A stretch of DNA of 64,000 bases, from IMG/VR virus record IMGVR_UViG_3300037465_000347, positions 420 to 64,419 of that record; one strand, 5' to 3'. Below are positions 16,317 to 26,719 of this stretch, one piece after another. How positions within the stretch are numbered: the first letter of the stretch is position 1; each line of letters starts with the position of its first letter. Made by a program: the position numbers and the translations under genes. The notes beneath the pieces were generated by a model that did not search any database, was not told where the DNA came from, and saw only the letters and a program-made list of their open reading frames with translations. Source of the stretch: a virus.

Positions 16317-16903
16317 TCTTGAATACATTAGTATTAGAACAAACTGAACATGGCGAAATGCCAATGGATGTGTATCAGAAATTGGCTAACGACCGAATTT
16401 TGTTTATCACAGATTACATTGATGACGCAATTGCAACTGATATTATTGCAACTTTGCTTTTAAAAGATCATGAAGATAATGAGAAAAAGATTACACTTTT
16501 TATCAATTCTCCAGGTGGCGATATTCGTAATACCTTTATGATCTATGACGTCATGATGCTAATCAACGCTCCAATTGAGACTGTTTGTATTGGTGCAGCA
16601 ATGGATGAAGCTGCAATCTTATTGGCGGGCGGCGAAAAGGGCATGCGACTAGCAACTAAGAATTCTATTATTGCTGTAAGTCAGCTTGTTAATAATTGGC
16701 ATATGCATACCAATATAACAAACGCTAAGAATCTCATGGAACAATTCAAAATCGATAACGATCGTTTAGTAGAAATTATTAGCAAATCAACTGGTAAAAG
16801 TGTTAAACAGATTAGGGAAGATTTTGATCGTCGAGTATTTTTCACTGCTTCTAAAGCGTTGAAGTATGGTTTGATTGATAAAGTTGTAACACCAAACAAA
16901 TGA
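16313..16903 (+). CDS. ClpP-family subunit lacking the catalytic triad (ClpR-like)
   Basis: DVYQKLANDRILF..INSPGG; the catalytic Ser position reads D (CIGAAMDEAA); His and Asp are also lost. Confidence 0.88.
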   Translation: MILNTLVLEQTEHGEMPMDVYQKLANDRILFITDYIDDAIATDIIATLLLKDHEDNEKKITLFINSPGGDIRNTFMIYDVMMLINAPIETVCIGAAMDEAAILLAGGEKGMRLATKNSIIAVSQLVNNWHMHTNITNAKNLMEQFKIDNDRLVEIISKSTGKSVKQIREDFDRRVFFTASKALKYGLIDKVVTPNK

Positions 16904-16911
16904 GATAGACA

Positions 16912-17502
16912 ATGCCCAAACAAGATCATGATCATGGTGCGCCATTTCAAGCCCCCTTGCTTAGGGGTTATGCTGATAGCTATCTCAAGATGTCAAAAAA
17001 TCGAGCTATCTTTTTTGCAGAAGATGTGAATGATAAAGTTGCTGCAGAATTATCTGCTCTGTTACTTTACTACGATAACATTGATCAGGAAGAGCCTATT
17101 CATTTGTATATTCATTCTAATGGTGGTGCTGTTAGTGGCCTTAGTAATATTTATGATGTTATGCAAATGATTCACGCCCCAGTTAAAACAATTCTGTTGG
17201 GTAAATGTTATTCTGCAGGAGCTGTTTTATTAGCTGCTGGCACTAAGGGGGAACGTTATGCTCTTAGAAGCTCTAACGTTATGATCCATGGTATACAATT
17301 TGTATTTCCTCTTCCTGGCGATGACATTACAACATCTAAGAATTATTTGGAATTCATAGAAGAAAACAATGATCTTTTGATGAAAATTCTAGCTAAGCAT
17401 ACCGGTCAGCCGCTTGAAAAGATTAAGGCAGATTGTTCTAGAGAATATTGGATGGACGCTAAGTCTGCCAAAGAATATGGCATTATCGATCATATATTGT
17501 AA
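16912..17502 (+). CDS. clpP: ClpP protease subunit
   Basis: IHSNGG; GKCYSAGA (Ser), VMIHG (His), CSREYWMDA (Asp to Glu). Confidence 0.9.
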   Translation: MPKQDHDHGAPFQAPLLRGYADSYLKMSKNRAIFFAEDVNDKVAAELSALLLYYDNIDQEEPIHLYIHSNGGAVSGLSNIYDVMQMIHAPVKTILLGKCYSAGAVLLAAGTKGERYALRSSNVMIHGIQFVFPLPGDDITTSKNYLEFIEENNDLLMKILAKHTGQPLEKIKADCSREYWMDAKSAKEYGIIDHIL

Positions 17503-17503
17503 G

Positions 17504-17947
17504 ATGAGTAGCATCATTTTTGATTTAGTATATTCTGATTATGACTGGCAGGAGCATCATTTTATACAAGCTCCCGAAGGTACTACATTAGAAGATTTTC
17601 AAAATCTTTGTGACCACCTTATGCCAAAGGCTGGTTATAAGGCAACTCTTAAAAGATCATCACCTAAAGTTGGAGGATGGATTTGTTGGAGTGATGTTGT
17701 GGAGTCGTTGGTATCCTTGTTAGAAAAACAAGGATACCAACGAATTATTCTTGGTTCTTATGTGGTTAATGGTGGTGTTATTGTTAGACCAGAGGAGTCT
17801 AAGAATAAAGATAAATTAGGTTTTTCTTATCAAGCTATTGCCTCTTATAATGGTAAATTAGAAAGAAAATTAGCAGAAGAGCGAAAAGCTAAGAAACTAT
17901 TGCGAATTGGTGTTTTAAAGAAAAAGATGGTTCAAATCATCAAATAA
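17504..17947 (+). CDS. Hypothetical protein
   Basis: ORF track 17414..17947. Confidence 0.6.
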   Translation: MSSIIFDLVYSDYDWQEHHFIQAPEGTTLEDFQNLCDHLMPKAGYKATLKRSSPKVGGWICWSDVVESLVSLLEKQGYQRIILGSYVVNGGVIVRPEESKNKDKLGFSYQAIASYNGKLERKLAEERKAKKLLRIGVLKKKMVQIIK

Positions 17948-18108
17948 ATACGTATATCTCACCATGTGCTCATTTAAAGTCCAATTGTGTGCCTTGCTAT
18001 AAAGTTTGTAATATAATGAAGAAGAACTTTAGCATGGAGTATTTTACCACTCATATCAAGCGAATACTAGATAATCTGAGCGGGATACTAAAATAAACAC
18101 ATATTGTT

Positions 18109-19506
18109 ATGGAAAAGACTGCTAGAAAACCATCTATGGATCCAGCCCAGGAGCGATTAAGACAGAATAAGGCTATTTGGAACAAAGAAGTATCGACTTT
18201 TATCAATGATTTGATTCACTTCAAGAAAACGATGAATGGTTGGCCTTCTAAGTTTTTCAAAGAGCGCTCTCGTATTACTCAGCCTATTCCGGCTGATCCG
18301 GCTACTATTATTGGTTCCTTGGCTGGCGATTTTCAAGAGATTGTTCAGAAAGGCAATAGTCTTATTCAAGAGCAAATTAATTATACTAAGAACCGTCGCC
18401 AAAAACAACCGAAACAACTCAATCTTCCATTACCGGAGCCAACTCAAAAAGCACCAGAACCACCACAACCTCCAACTCCTGATTTGTCAAAACAGCTTTC
18501 TTTAGGGTTGAACGCCTCAGAAGAGCACATTGAGTTGTTTAAAGTAGCTTCCGACATGGAATCTAAATATCTTTTAGAGTCACAAGCTTCTAATCCAGTT
18601 ACTCGTTTCATTGCCAGGTTATTCAATCCAAAATTTGGTTTTGGTGAAGCTGCTCGTATGCGACGTTTACGTATGACAATGTTAGATAGTTGTGCTAAAA
18701 CTTATAAAACGCTTAAAATATTACAGGCCACGATAGTTAAGTCATCAGATGATAGTATTGAACAGTCTCATAAAATGATGACAATGGCTTGGAATAACTG
18801 GAATATAGTTTATCGACTTGTAACTGCGTTCAAAGGATTAAAACCTAATGACGTTAAAGAGTCTGGCGGTCTAATTGAAGATCCTGAATTGGCTAGAGAA
18901 AGAGAAGCTGAACAAGGATATGAAGAGATTGGCAATAAGCTGCAGCCTGCTAGTGAGCCAACTCATGGAGTTCCAACATCTGATCTGGTAAAAGATTTTC
19001 AGTCTGCTGTCAATTACCTAGGTGCAGTCGTACAAAATCAAGAGTTCCAAAATCTTAATTCTTTTGTGGAACAACTTAAAGCGGCTCCTAATGATAAAAA
19101 AGTTGGCCTATTAGCTAAGTCTTTCATAGCATCAGACTATGCACAAGCTTTGGCGTCTACCAATCAAGAACTTGGAACTATGGGAAGTTCTTTCCAAGAT
19201 ATTATGCAACAGCATAAAAGTAAACCAAAGAAAGAAGCGCAGGAATTTCGTGGTTGGCTTGGTAAAATTAGGCATCAACTAATTCCGGGCGGCACCTCTG
19301 GTTCAAGACTAGAAATCTATAATACTATTGATCAAACAAAGAAAGACGTAGATGCGTTAATGAATTTGCTTGAAAAGGGATATGATCGAAATAGTATTGA
19401 GAAGCAGGTTGTTCAAATTCATCGCCAGATGTCTTCGCTTCGTACTATGATTAGGTCTTTGTTTTATTCTATTAAGCCCGAGAAAGCTTCTTCACCGTTT
19501 TTCTGA
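18109..19506 (+). CDS. Large hypothetical protein, putative virion/internal protein
   Basis: 465 aa with a Pro-rich linker and KTA/KVA/KEAQ motifs. Confidence 0.7.
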   Translation: MEKTARKPSMDPAQERLRQNKAIWNKEVSTFINDLIHFKKTMNGWPSKFFKERSRITQPIPADPATIIGSLAGDFQEIVQKGNSLIQEQINYTKNRRQKQPKQLNLPLPEPTQKAPEPPQPPTPDLSKQLSLGLNASEEHIELFKVASDMESKYLLESQASNPVTRFIARLFNPKFGFGEAARMRRLRMTMLDSCAKTYKTLKILQATIVKSSDDSIEQSHKMMTMAWNNWNIVYRLVTAFKGLKPNDVKESGGLIEDPELAREREAEQGYEEIGNKLQPASEPTHGVPTSDLVKDFQSAVNYLGAVVQNQEFQNLNSFVEQLKAAPNDKKVGLLAKSFIASDYAQALASTNQELGTMGSSFQDIMQQHKSKPKKEAQEFRGWLGKIRHQLIPGGTSGSRLEIYNTIDQTKKDVDALMNLLEKGYDRNSIEKQVVQIHRQMSSLRTMIRSLFYSIKPEKASSPFF

Positions 19507-19512
19507 GGTCAA

Positions 19513-19917
19513 ATGGAACAAGGATATATTTATCTACATGAAAGTATCTTTCCTTCATTGCTTGCCATCTCATCAGATGAACAACAACGCGGGCTGATGC
19601 ATCAAGAGTGGCCCCCTCCAGTCATGACCTTTGTGTATGGAGCCCCACGAACTAATCGATTTTGGATGAAGAATACTCCTAGTCCTTTAGATATTGTGTT
19701 CTGTCATAATGGGAAAGTATCGGAGATTTGCTTTGGTGAACCAAATTCTACTGAGGTTATAGGTTCGAAAGTTAGCGATCTTGTCATTGAGTTACCATAT
19801 GGAACAGTGGATTCAATTGGTTTGAAGATTGGTCAATCAGCGGGACTCGTTCTCCCTACACCAGATGACCTACGCAAAATTTTTGCTACAAAATACGGAT
19901 TATTTGTAAAATTCTGA
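19513..19917 (+). CDS. DUF192-family protein
   Basis: QQRGLMH..M.F..FWMKNTPSPLDIVF..VIELPYG. Confidence 0.85.
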   Translation: MEQGYIYLHESIFPSLLAISSDEQQRGLMHQEWPPPVMTFVYGAPRTNRFWMKNTPSPLDIVFCHNGKVSEICFGEPNSTEVIGSKVSDLVIELPYGTVDSIGLKIGQSAGLVLPTPDDLRKIFATKYGLFVKF

Positions 19918-19936
19918 TACCCCTTGCCTTATCAAT

Positions 19937-20947
19937 TTGTATGATTATATTGATGGGGACGACATGGATACTATACAGCAATTCAACCAGATTTTAAACA
20001 ACTTTAACATCAAAGCTACTTGTCTCAGTGTGAATCAGGTCGATAACTATGTTTATTATGATCTGAAGCTGCATCCACGAGCTAAGGTTAAAGAGATTCA
20101 GAAATACAGTGATGAAATTTCTTTGGCACTCAAGAAAGGTAAACCAAGCGTAAAGGTACTTCATGAACAAGGTGTTGTACGAGTAGAGTTTGCTTCTCCA
20201 CGAGAAACTCCTTTGAAGTTGTTTGATTTGTTCACCAATGACAATATTCCCAATGGTGGTCTTGTTTGTTTACTAGGCCAAACAGTTGATGGTAATAAAG
20301 TATGGGTTGATTTATTAGATAACCCTCATTGTTTAGTTGCTGGCACTACGGGTTCTGGTAAAAGTACATTACTACATAATGTTATTGCTAACGTATTTAA
20401 TTATAATGATGCTGATTTATACCTAATTGATCCAAAACGTATTGAGTTTACTCGATATGAAGGGATTCGCGGCACTCAGGTATACAATACATATGATGAT
20501 ACGGTAGAGTTTTTGTCTAATATGATTGAAATAATGGAAGATAGGTATACTAAACTACGAGCTGGGTGGGATGTTTCTGCTTTGAAACCAGTCTTAATTA
20601 TTATTGATGAGTTTGCTGATTTGGTTATGCAAGACAAAGGAGATCTATTTTTTGATAAACTATGTCGTCTTGCCCAGAAGTGTCGAGCCGCACGGATTTC
20701 TATTATGATTGCCACGCAGCGCCCCTCTGTTGATGTTATCAATGGAGCGATTAAAGCTAACTTTCCGGCCCGTATTGCCTGTAAAGTTGCAAGTCATGTT
20801 GATTCTAAAGTTATTTTAGATGCAGTGGGTGCAGAAAATTTACTTGGAAAAGGCGATGCGCTGTTACGCGACAATAATCACAACATGGAGCGTTTCCAGG
20901 TGGCATATACAGATGCAACTGAAATTTGTGAGATTTTCGGAGTCTAA
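19937..20947 (+). CDS. ftsK: FtsK/SpoIIIE motor-domain ATPase without membrane or gamma domain
   Basis: PHCLVAGTTGSGKS, IDPK, IIIDEFADL, RAARI..ATQRPS..AIKANFPARIA, GAENLLGKGD. Confidence 0.92.
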   Translation: MYDYIDGDDMDTIQQFNQILNNFNIKATCLSVNQVDNYVYYDLKLHPRAKVKEIQKYSDEISLALKKGKPSVKVLHEQGVVRVEFASPRETPLKLFDLFTNDNIPNGGLVCLLGQTVDGNKVWVDLLDNPHCLVAGTTGSGKSTLLHNVIANVFNYNDADLYLIDPKRIEFTRYEGIRGTQVYNTYDDTVEFLSNMIEIMEDRYTKLRAGWDVSALKPVLIIIDEFADLVMQDKGDLFFDKLCRLAQKCRAARISIMIATQRPSVDVINGAIKANFPARIACKVASHVDSKVILDAVGAENLLGKGDALLRDNNHNMERFQVAYTDATEICEIFGV

Positions 20948-22284
20948 TGGAAGCTGCTGTGAATACATTAAATTTGATGGATGTTGATTTTCTAGTAGAG
21001 AATTTCCTCAAAGAACGCGAACAAGGAATTGCTACCCTACATCGAATCTATTTCAAGAATGGCAATTCTTTATCATTACGTGCCTTAGTTGAGAGTTTAA
21101 AAGATGAGTTGCGTACTGGCTGTGTTACATTCATTAACAATGCATCTCCTGTAGATGAGATTAATGATTATCTTTTCTATATTGTAAATGCTTTTTGCAA
21201 AAAACAAGCGCTCCCGAGTTTTAAACATAAAGCTGAGTATATTTGTCCCGGTTGTGTTTTCTTGGGCAAAGAATATGGCGTGTTGAACTTTAACAAAGTT
21301 CTGTATTGTGATGAGTGCGAAGAAGAACTAAAAAATACTACTGATCCTAAAATGGTTTATTTCTTTAAAACTTTTTATCGTCATAACAAAAATGGATATC
21401 GATGTCCTGATTGTGAAAGATTTATTCCGCACCCAATAGATAATTCATATACAGTTTCGTGTCCATATTTTGATTGTTTGTTTGTAGGTGCCGTAGGTGA
21501 TCTAAACAAAATGCATCATCCTACTTCAAAGTCTAATCCTGAGAAATTAATTCTTGATGCTTCTCACGATGGTTTATCTTTAAAAGACAATATTCAATCT
21601 CAAGATGTAGATGTACAAACTCAATTAGAGTTTGCTGAGGATATGCAAGATAAGATTAAGTCCATCAGGGAAATCATAGAGACACAAAGTAATAATGCAG
21701 CGTATAGTAGTTCTAGTGCTACCGTGAAGCATAAACAGTGTGTTTATCAGGCATTTTCTAATTTATTAGAACGTCACCCTGAAGAAATGGTTGCATATAT
21801 TCTTCATAGCACAAATAGTCATATGGGCTTTCAACATAAGATATTTCAAGAGTATGTTTCATTATTGGAAGCATCTTTACCTTTTGTAATTTTCAAAAAT
21901 AGACAACCGGTAAAGATTGACAACATTATGGACGCTAATCTAGGTATATTTGATGAAATCTCCATTTTTGATGGTATTGTTAATGATAAACTAGTTATCA
22001 AAAATGAGACTAAAGATTTCTATATTGGTGGTAGAAAAAGCACTTATGCTAAACCTTATTATATTGGTAAACTATTAAACATAATAGAGAGGGGCTCTAA
22101 AAAGACTTTGCTGTCTAATGTTAAAGAGTATACTTTCTCTAAAATTTATATGCAAGACATTAGACCCGGTACGTTAGTTACGGTTACACATCTTCGAGTG
22201 CCGCCCCATTATCAAATGGGCGGGATGACTTATGTTAATAGAATTAGAAAGAAGATTGTTGAAAGGGCTAGGAGTATCATATGA
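20947..22284 (+). CDS. Hypothetical protein with several CxxC motifs
   Basis: CPGC, CDEC, CPDC, CPYFDC. Confidence 0.7.
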   Translation: MEAAVNTLNLMDVDFLVENFLKEREQGIATLHRIYFKNGNSLSLRALVESLKDELRTGCVTFINNASPVDEINDYLFYIVNAFCKKQALPSFKHKAEYICPGCVFLGKEYGVLNFNKVLYCDECEEELKNTTDPKMVYFFKTFYRHNKNGYRCPDCERFIPHPIDNSYTVSCPYFDCLFVGAVGDLNKMHHPTSKSNPEKLILDASHDGLSLKDNIQSQDVDVQTQLEFAEDMQDKIKSIREIIETQSNNAAYSSSSATVKHKQCVYQAFSNLLERHPEEMVAYILHSTNSHMGFQHKIFQEYVSLLEASLPFVIFKNRQPVKIDNIMDANLGIFDEISIFDGIVNDKLVIKNETKDFYIGGRKSTYAKPYYIGKLLNIIERGSKKTLLSNVKEYTFSKIYMQDIRPGTLVTVTHLRVPPHYQMGGMTYVNRIRKKIVERARSII

Positions 22285-22745
22285 GAATGCAATCTTTTAA
22301 ACTTCTATCTAAATCGGAAGTTATCAAAATTAACATTTCAGAGTCTTTTATGGCCCGCGCCCGCTGTAAAGAATGTGGTAAAGGGCCAGATTATTACTAT
22401 GGCACGATGAGGCCATTTATGTGGAAAGAAGTGAAATACTTTTTAATTTTTTCTGAGATTTCTAAAAAGTGGTTTGCTAGAAATAATAATTGGTTCAAAG
22501 AGTATCAGCCTCGCAATTTTAATAAGCTAGGAGATTTTTCTCGTACTTTAGATGAAAAATCTTACAATCCAATTGTACATAGAACTAAGGGCGCTGATAT
22601 TAGTGATCGTTATAATATAGTCGAATATGTTGGTTGTGGTTGCGGTGCGACCGTATGGGCATTTAATAATGTCTCAGTACAAAAACGAGCAGAAATTACA
22701 AACCGAAAGGGCAGATATAAATACCCTCAGAAGTTTTTGTATTGA
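22281..22745 (+). CDS. Hypothetical protein
   Basis: ORF track; CKEC and CGC motifs. Confidence 0.6.
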   Translation: MRMQSFKLLSKSEVIKINISESFMARARCKECGKGPDYYYGTMRPFMWKEVKYFLIFSEISKKWFARNNNWFKEYQPRNFNKLGDFSRTLDEKSYNPIVHRTKGADISDRYNIVEYVGCGCGATVWAFNNVSVQKRAEITNRKGRYKYPQKFLY

Positions 22746-23142
22746 GTTTTGGAAGTCGCTGACGCACTTGTTCTTCAAGCGATAAAAAATCATCAGCCAA
22801 CTCTTCAAATAACTTCCATTCACGATTAATTAGCCTGTAGCATGAATAGTAAGATAGTCTAGCTACAGTATCATAATATTCTTTGCTTGCAAATTGGAGA
22901 TGTTGAGGGGCTAGCGTATTAGCGAAAAAAATCCAATCTCCCAAATTTTGGTAGCGTAAAAAATCTTGTTTGTCACGGGCTTGTGCAAACAACAAAGTGA
23001 CACTATCTTTTGACAGGTCGAACTCGGCGCTTTTGTATTTTCCATAAATGCTAACAATGTAAGCTTTCGTATCACGTTGGCAATGCAGATCGTTTAGTAG
23101 TTCTTCAAAAAAAATACTAATATTCTTATGAAAGACATCCAT
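22696..23142 (-). CDS. Hypothetical protein
   Basis: ORF track; fills the gap before topA. Confidence 0.65.
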   Translation of the reverse strand: MDVFHKNISIFFEELLNDLHCQRDTKAYIVSIYGKYKSAEFDLSKDSVTLLFAQARDKQDFLRYQNLGDWIFFANTLAPQHLQFASKEYYDTVARLSYYSCYRLINREWKLFEELADDFLSLEEQVRQRLPKLNTKTSEGIYICPFGL

Positions 23143-23179
23143 AAAGATGATACAAGAATATTGAAAGACTCGGTGATAA

Positions 23180-24979
23180 ATGAAGACATTAGTGATAGTA
23201 GAATCGCCAGCTAAGGCGGAAAAGATTCAAGGTTATTTAGGTAAGGACTTTATTGTTCTTGCTAGCAAGGGCCATATCACTGACCTTGCTAAAGGGGGCC
23301 GTTTTGGTCTAGGCGTTGATGTTGATAATGATTTTCGACCACGTTATGTTCTTCAAGAAGACAAAATCGAAACCCTTGATATGCTACTCAAAGCGGCTAA
23401 AAAATGCGACGCTATCTTGATTGCAAGCGACCCTGACCGTGAAGGGGAAGCAATTGCATGGCACCTTCAAGAGAGACTTAAAGACACCGGATTGCCAATC
23501 AAAAGGGTTGTCTTTAATGAAATTAAGAAAGATAAAATTCAGAAAGCTATCAAATCACCACGAGATGTGGATGTGAATCTATTTCACTCCCAAGAAGCCC
23601 GTCGCATTTTGGATCGTTTGGTAGGATTTATGGCCTCACCATTTTTAATGAACTATTTTGGCCCCAAACTATCTGCTGGCCGTGTTCAGTCAGTTGTTAC
23701 TCGTATGGTGATTGATCGTGAGCGTGAAATTGAAGCATTTGTGCCAGAGACTTTTTGGACAATTAGTGTGATGCTTGCACCAGCCACTAATGTAAAAGCC
23801 GGCTTCATGACTAAGTTCAATGGTCGTCCAACCAATGAGAAAGATGCAAAATCTATTAAGGATACTTTAAATGTAGATCCTTATATTGTTTCAGAAGTAA
23901 TTTCTGATGAAGAGGCAAAATATCCACAACCACCATTGGTAACTTCTACACTACAAAGAATTATGTCCAAGGAGCATGGCTTTAGCGCAGATCGTACTAT
24001 GAAAGCCGCTCAGTCTCTTTATGAGAATGGCTATTGTACATATATTCGTACCGACTCAGTTCGTGTTGGTGATGAAGCTCTGGAAGATGTTCGTAAGTGG
24101 ATTCAAGATCATAAGTATGGTCTACCTAAGAAAGCTTATACTTACAAAAATAAAGATGCAGCACAGGATGCACACGAATGTATCCGACCGTCTGATCTTT
24201 CATTAGAGCCCAACAATAACTATGCTATGGTCGACCCAGATGAAAAGTTGGTTTATGAAACTATTTGGAAGTATTTTGTGGCCAGTCAAATGATGCCGGC
24301 AGTATATGATACCATGAAAATAACCGCTCATATTAAAGGCGATCCAACTCATGAGGTAAAGGCTTCTGGTAAAGCGCTTAAGAGTAAAGGTTTCCTTGAA
24401 GTTCTTGGCGTTCAGGATGATTCCAAGATTGATATTCCATTACTGAAAGTAGGAGATATCTTACAGCGCTTTGGAAAGATTCCAGTTCAATTGGAAAAGA
24501 AGCAGACTCAACCACCTCCTCGTTATTCTGAAGATAAGCTTATCAAAGAGCTAGTTAATAAGAACATTGGTCGACCAGCCACTTATGCTGAGCTATTAAG
24601 CAAGATTAGCTCTCGTAACTATGTTGAGAAGAAAGGTAATGTTTTCCATGCCACAGATTTAGGTAAAAAGATTACTGATGAGCTTCTACAGTTTTTCACT
24701 TTTATGGATTATGATTATACCGCCAAAATGGAGCAACAGCTTGATGAGATTGAAAGTGGTAAAGTCAATCATACCGATATGTTGAAAAAGTTTTATCCTG
24801 AATTTAAGAAAGAATTGGACAAGGCATATGTAGGACACGGAGCCAATATGTGTCCAAAATGTGGCAGTTCGATGTCAATTCGTACGACAAAGACTGGTAA
24901 GTTTTGGGGATGCTCCGGATATCCCAAGTGTAAACACACTGTAAATATTGCGTCTTCGCCATCAACAAATGTTGCTTAA
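23180..24979 (+). CDS. topA: DNA topoisomerase IA
   Basis: LVIVESPAKA, ASDPDREGEAI, SAGRVQ, YCTYIRTDS (catalytic Tyr), QDAHECIRP, one C4 zinc ribbon. Confidence 0.97.
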   Translation: MKTLVIVESPAKAEKIQGYLGKDFIVLASKGHITDLAKGGRFGLGVDVDNDFRPRYVLQEDKIETLDMLLKAAKKCDAILIASDPDREGEAIAWHLQERLKDTGLPIKRVVFNEIKKDKIQKAIKSPRDVDVNLFHSQEARRILDRLVGFMASPFLMNYFGPKLSAGRVQSVVTRMVIDREREIEAFVPETFWTISVMLAPATNVKAGFMTKFNGRPTNEKDAKSIKDTLNVDPYIVSEVISDEEAKYPQPPLVTSTLQRIMSKEHGFSADRTMKAAQSLYENGYCTYIRTDSVRVGDEALEDVRKWIQDHKYGLPKKAYTYKNKDAAQDAHECIRPSDLSLEPNNNYAMVDPDEKLVYETIWKYFVASQMMPAVYDTMKITAHIKGDPTHEVKASGKALKSKGFLEVLGVQDDSKIDIPLLKVGDILQRFGKIPVQLEKKQTQPPPRYSEDKLIKELVNKNIGRPATYAELLSKISSRNYVEKKGNVFHATDLGKKITDELLQFFTFMDYDYTAKMEQQLDEIESGKVNHTDMLKKFYPEFKKELDKAYVGHGANMCPKCGSSMSIRTTKTGKFWGCSGYPKCKHTVNIASSPSTNVA

Positions 24980-25003
24980 AGAAAGAACGAGTACCTTGTT
25001 AAA

Positions 25004-26308
25004 ATGATAACTAAAGAACAATATCTAACTCCAGAGGTTTTGGAGAAACAGGAGCACCTTTCGCCTGAGAGATTGGCGAAACTTGCTCCTACCAATAGGG
25101 TAGTTCCAGATCAGAAAAGACCGCCAGCAAATTTCATTGATTTAATGAATTGGACAACTGAACAATTCAAGACTGCCCTCAAAGATCAAGTTGGTTTAGA
25201 GAAATTTGTACATAACCGCATTATTGTTGATGGGCAATTCCTTCAGTTTGCTGAAGAGAATAATGTTACTATCGAATGCTTGTATAAAGATTCTTCTATC
25301 TCTTGGACTACTGAACATGATTATGAAAAGTTTTTTATGCAAGGAGTTTTCTATATTAAGGCTAGAGGGTTAGAATTTTTGCACGCCGCTTTGTTTCATA
25401 AAGGAAATCAACAAGAAGATGAAGTTAGCTTCTTTGTAGTTGTTTCAAAAAACAACTATGAAGCTTATGTTAAGTTTCGCAATCAGTTTGATGACTGGGT
25501 ACAAGAACGCGATCGTAGCAACTTACATATTCGCGTAATTGAAGGCGATGACATTCCTTATACCAAAGATCATTCTTGGGAAGATTTGTTTTTACCAGAA
25601 ACTATTAAAGTTGAAATTAGGGGGTTAGTAGAGAGTTTCTTGTCTTCCAAGGAATTTTATCTAAAGAACAAAATTCCTTGGAAACGAGGAATTTTGTTAT
25701 ATGGTAAACCTGGTAATGGAAAAACATCAATTATTCGCACTGTTATCTCTCAATATAATTTCAAACCAGTTACTATTGTAGCTGGAGCAAATGATGATGC
25801 AGTACGAGAAGCATTCTCTTATGCGGAGGAGCAAAGCCCTTCGCTGCTTTATTTTGAAGACTTAGACTCTCTTCTTGCAAAGAGTGTTGATATCTCATCC
25901 TTCCTTAATTTAATGGATGGTATTTCAGCAAAGAATGGGTTGTTAATTATTGCTACCGCAAATGAGGTAAAAAAATTAGCACCCAACATTACTGATAGGC
26001 CATCTAGGTTTGATAGAAAATTCGAGATACCACTTCCAAATGCAGAAATGGCTTATATATATCTTAAAAGATGGTTCGGTAATCTCATTACAGTAAAACA
26101 ATGTAGAGAGCTTGCCAAATATGCTACTAAATACGAGTTTTCTTATGCTTACTTAAAGGAATTGTATATATCTTCTATGTTTGAAGCTCTTGCGAATAAT
26201 CGTAAAAGTCCAACTGAAAAGGATATTCAAAAAGCCTTTAACCGAACAGTTAAAGACAAAAATGCTTTAAGTGGCGGTTCTGTTAATCTTGATAAGTACA
26301 TTAAGTGA
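25004..26308 (+). CDS. AAA+ ATPase
   Basis: GILLYGKPGNGKTS, LYFEDLDS, FLNLMDG, DRPSRFDRK. Confidence 0.9.
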   Translation: MITKEQYLTPEVLEKQEHLSPERLAKLAPTNRVVPDQKRPPANFIDLMNWTTEQFKTALKDQVGLEKFVHNRIIVDGQFLQFAEENNVTIECLYKDSSISWTTEHDYEKFFMQGVFYIKARGLEFLHAALFHKGNQQEDEVSFFVVVSKNNYEAYVKFRNQFDDWVQERDRSNLHIRVIEGDDIPYTKDHSWEDLFLPETIKVEIRGLVESFLSSKEFYLKNKIPWKRGILLYGKPGNGKTSIIRTVISQYNFKPVTIVAGANDDAVREAFSYAEEQSPSLLYFEDLDSLLAKSVDISSFLNLMDGISAKNGLLIIATANEVKKLAPNITDRPSRFDRKFEIPLPNAEMAYIYLKRWFGNLITVKQCRELAKYATKYEFSYAYLKELYISSMFEALANNRKSPTEKDIQKAFNRTVKDKNALSGGSVNLDKYIK

Positions 26309-26332
26309 TAAGGTTAAAACGGGTCATTACAA

Positions 26333-26707
26333 ATGAAAGACCATAATAGAAAAGGTAAGAGGTTCTCTAAAAAGGCACCGAGGGGAGGTGAATCGCAGCC
26401 AGTCGCAGTCAACGACAAATTCGCACATATTGAAGCAGTGCAAGCCCAACCCCTCGAAGTTAAAGTGTATGGGAACAATTTCGATAAAGCTTTGAGAGCT
26501 TTTCGAGCCCTCGTTCAAAAAGAACGTATTCTCTCGTCATATAAAGAGAAGCAATCGTACGAGAAGCCATCTGACAAACGTAGGAGAAAGCGTAACGAAT
26601 CCAAAAGGAAACAACTTGAACTTTGTAGCAAAGGTGACTGTAGACACTCAGGCCATGCTAAAAACCGCAAGGAAAGAAAGTTCAAGAGAGGCTCTTCTCC
26701 AGAATAA
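26333..26707 (+). CDS. rpsU: Ribosomal protein bS21 homolog with terminal extensions
   Basis: EVKVYGNNFDKALRAFRALVQKERILSSYKEKQSYEKPSDKRRRKRNE. Confidence 0.88.
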   Translation: MKDHNRKGKRFSKKAPRGGESQPVAVNDKFAHIEAVQAQPLEVKVYGNNFDKALRAFRALVQKERILSSYKEKQSYEKPSDKRRRKRNESKRKQLELCSKGDCRHSGHAKNRKERKFKRGSSPE

Positions 26708-26719
26708 TCTGGAAACAAC

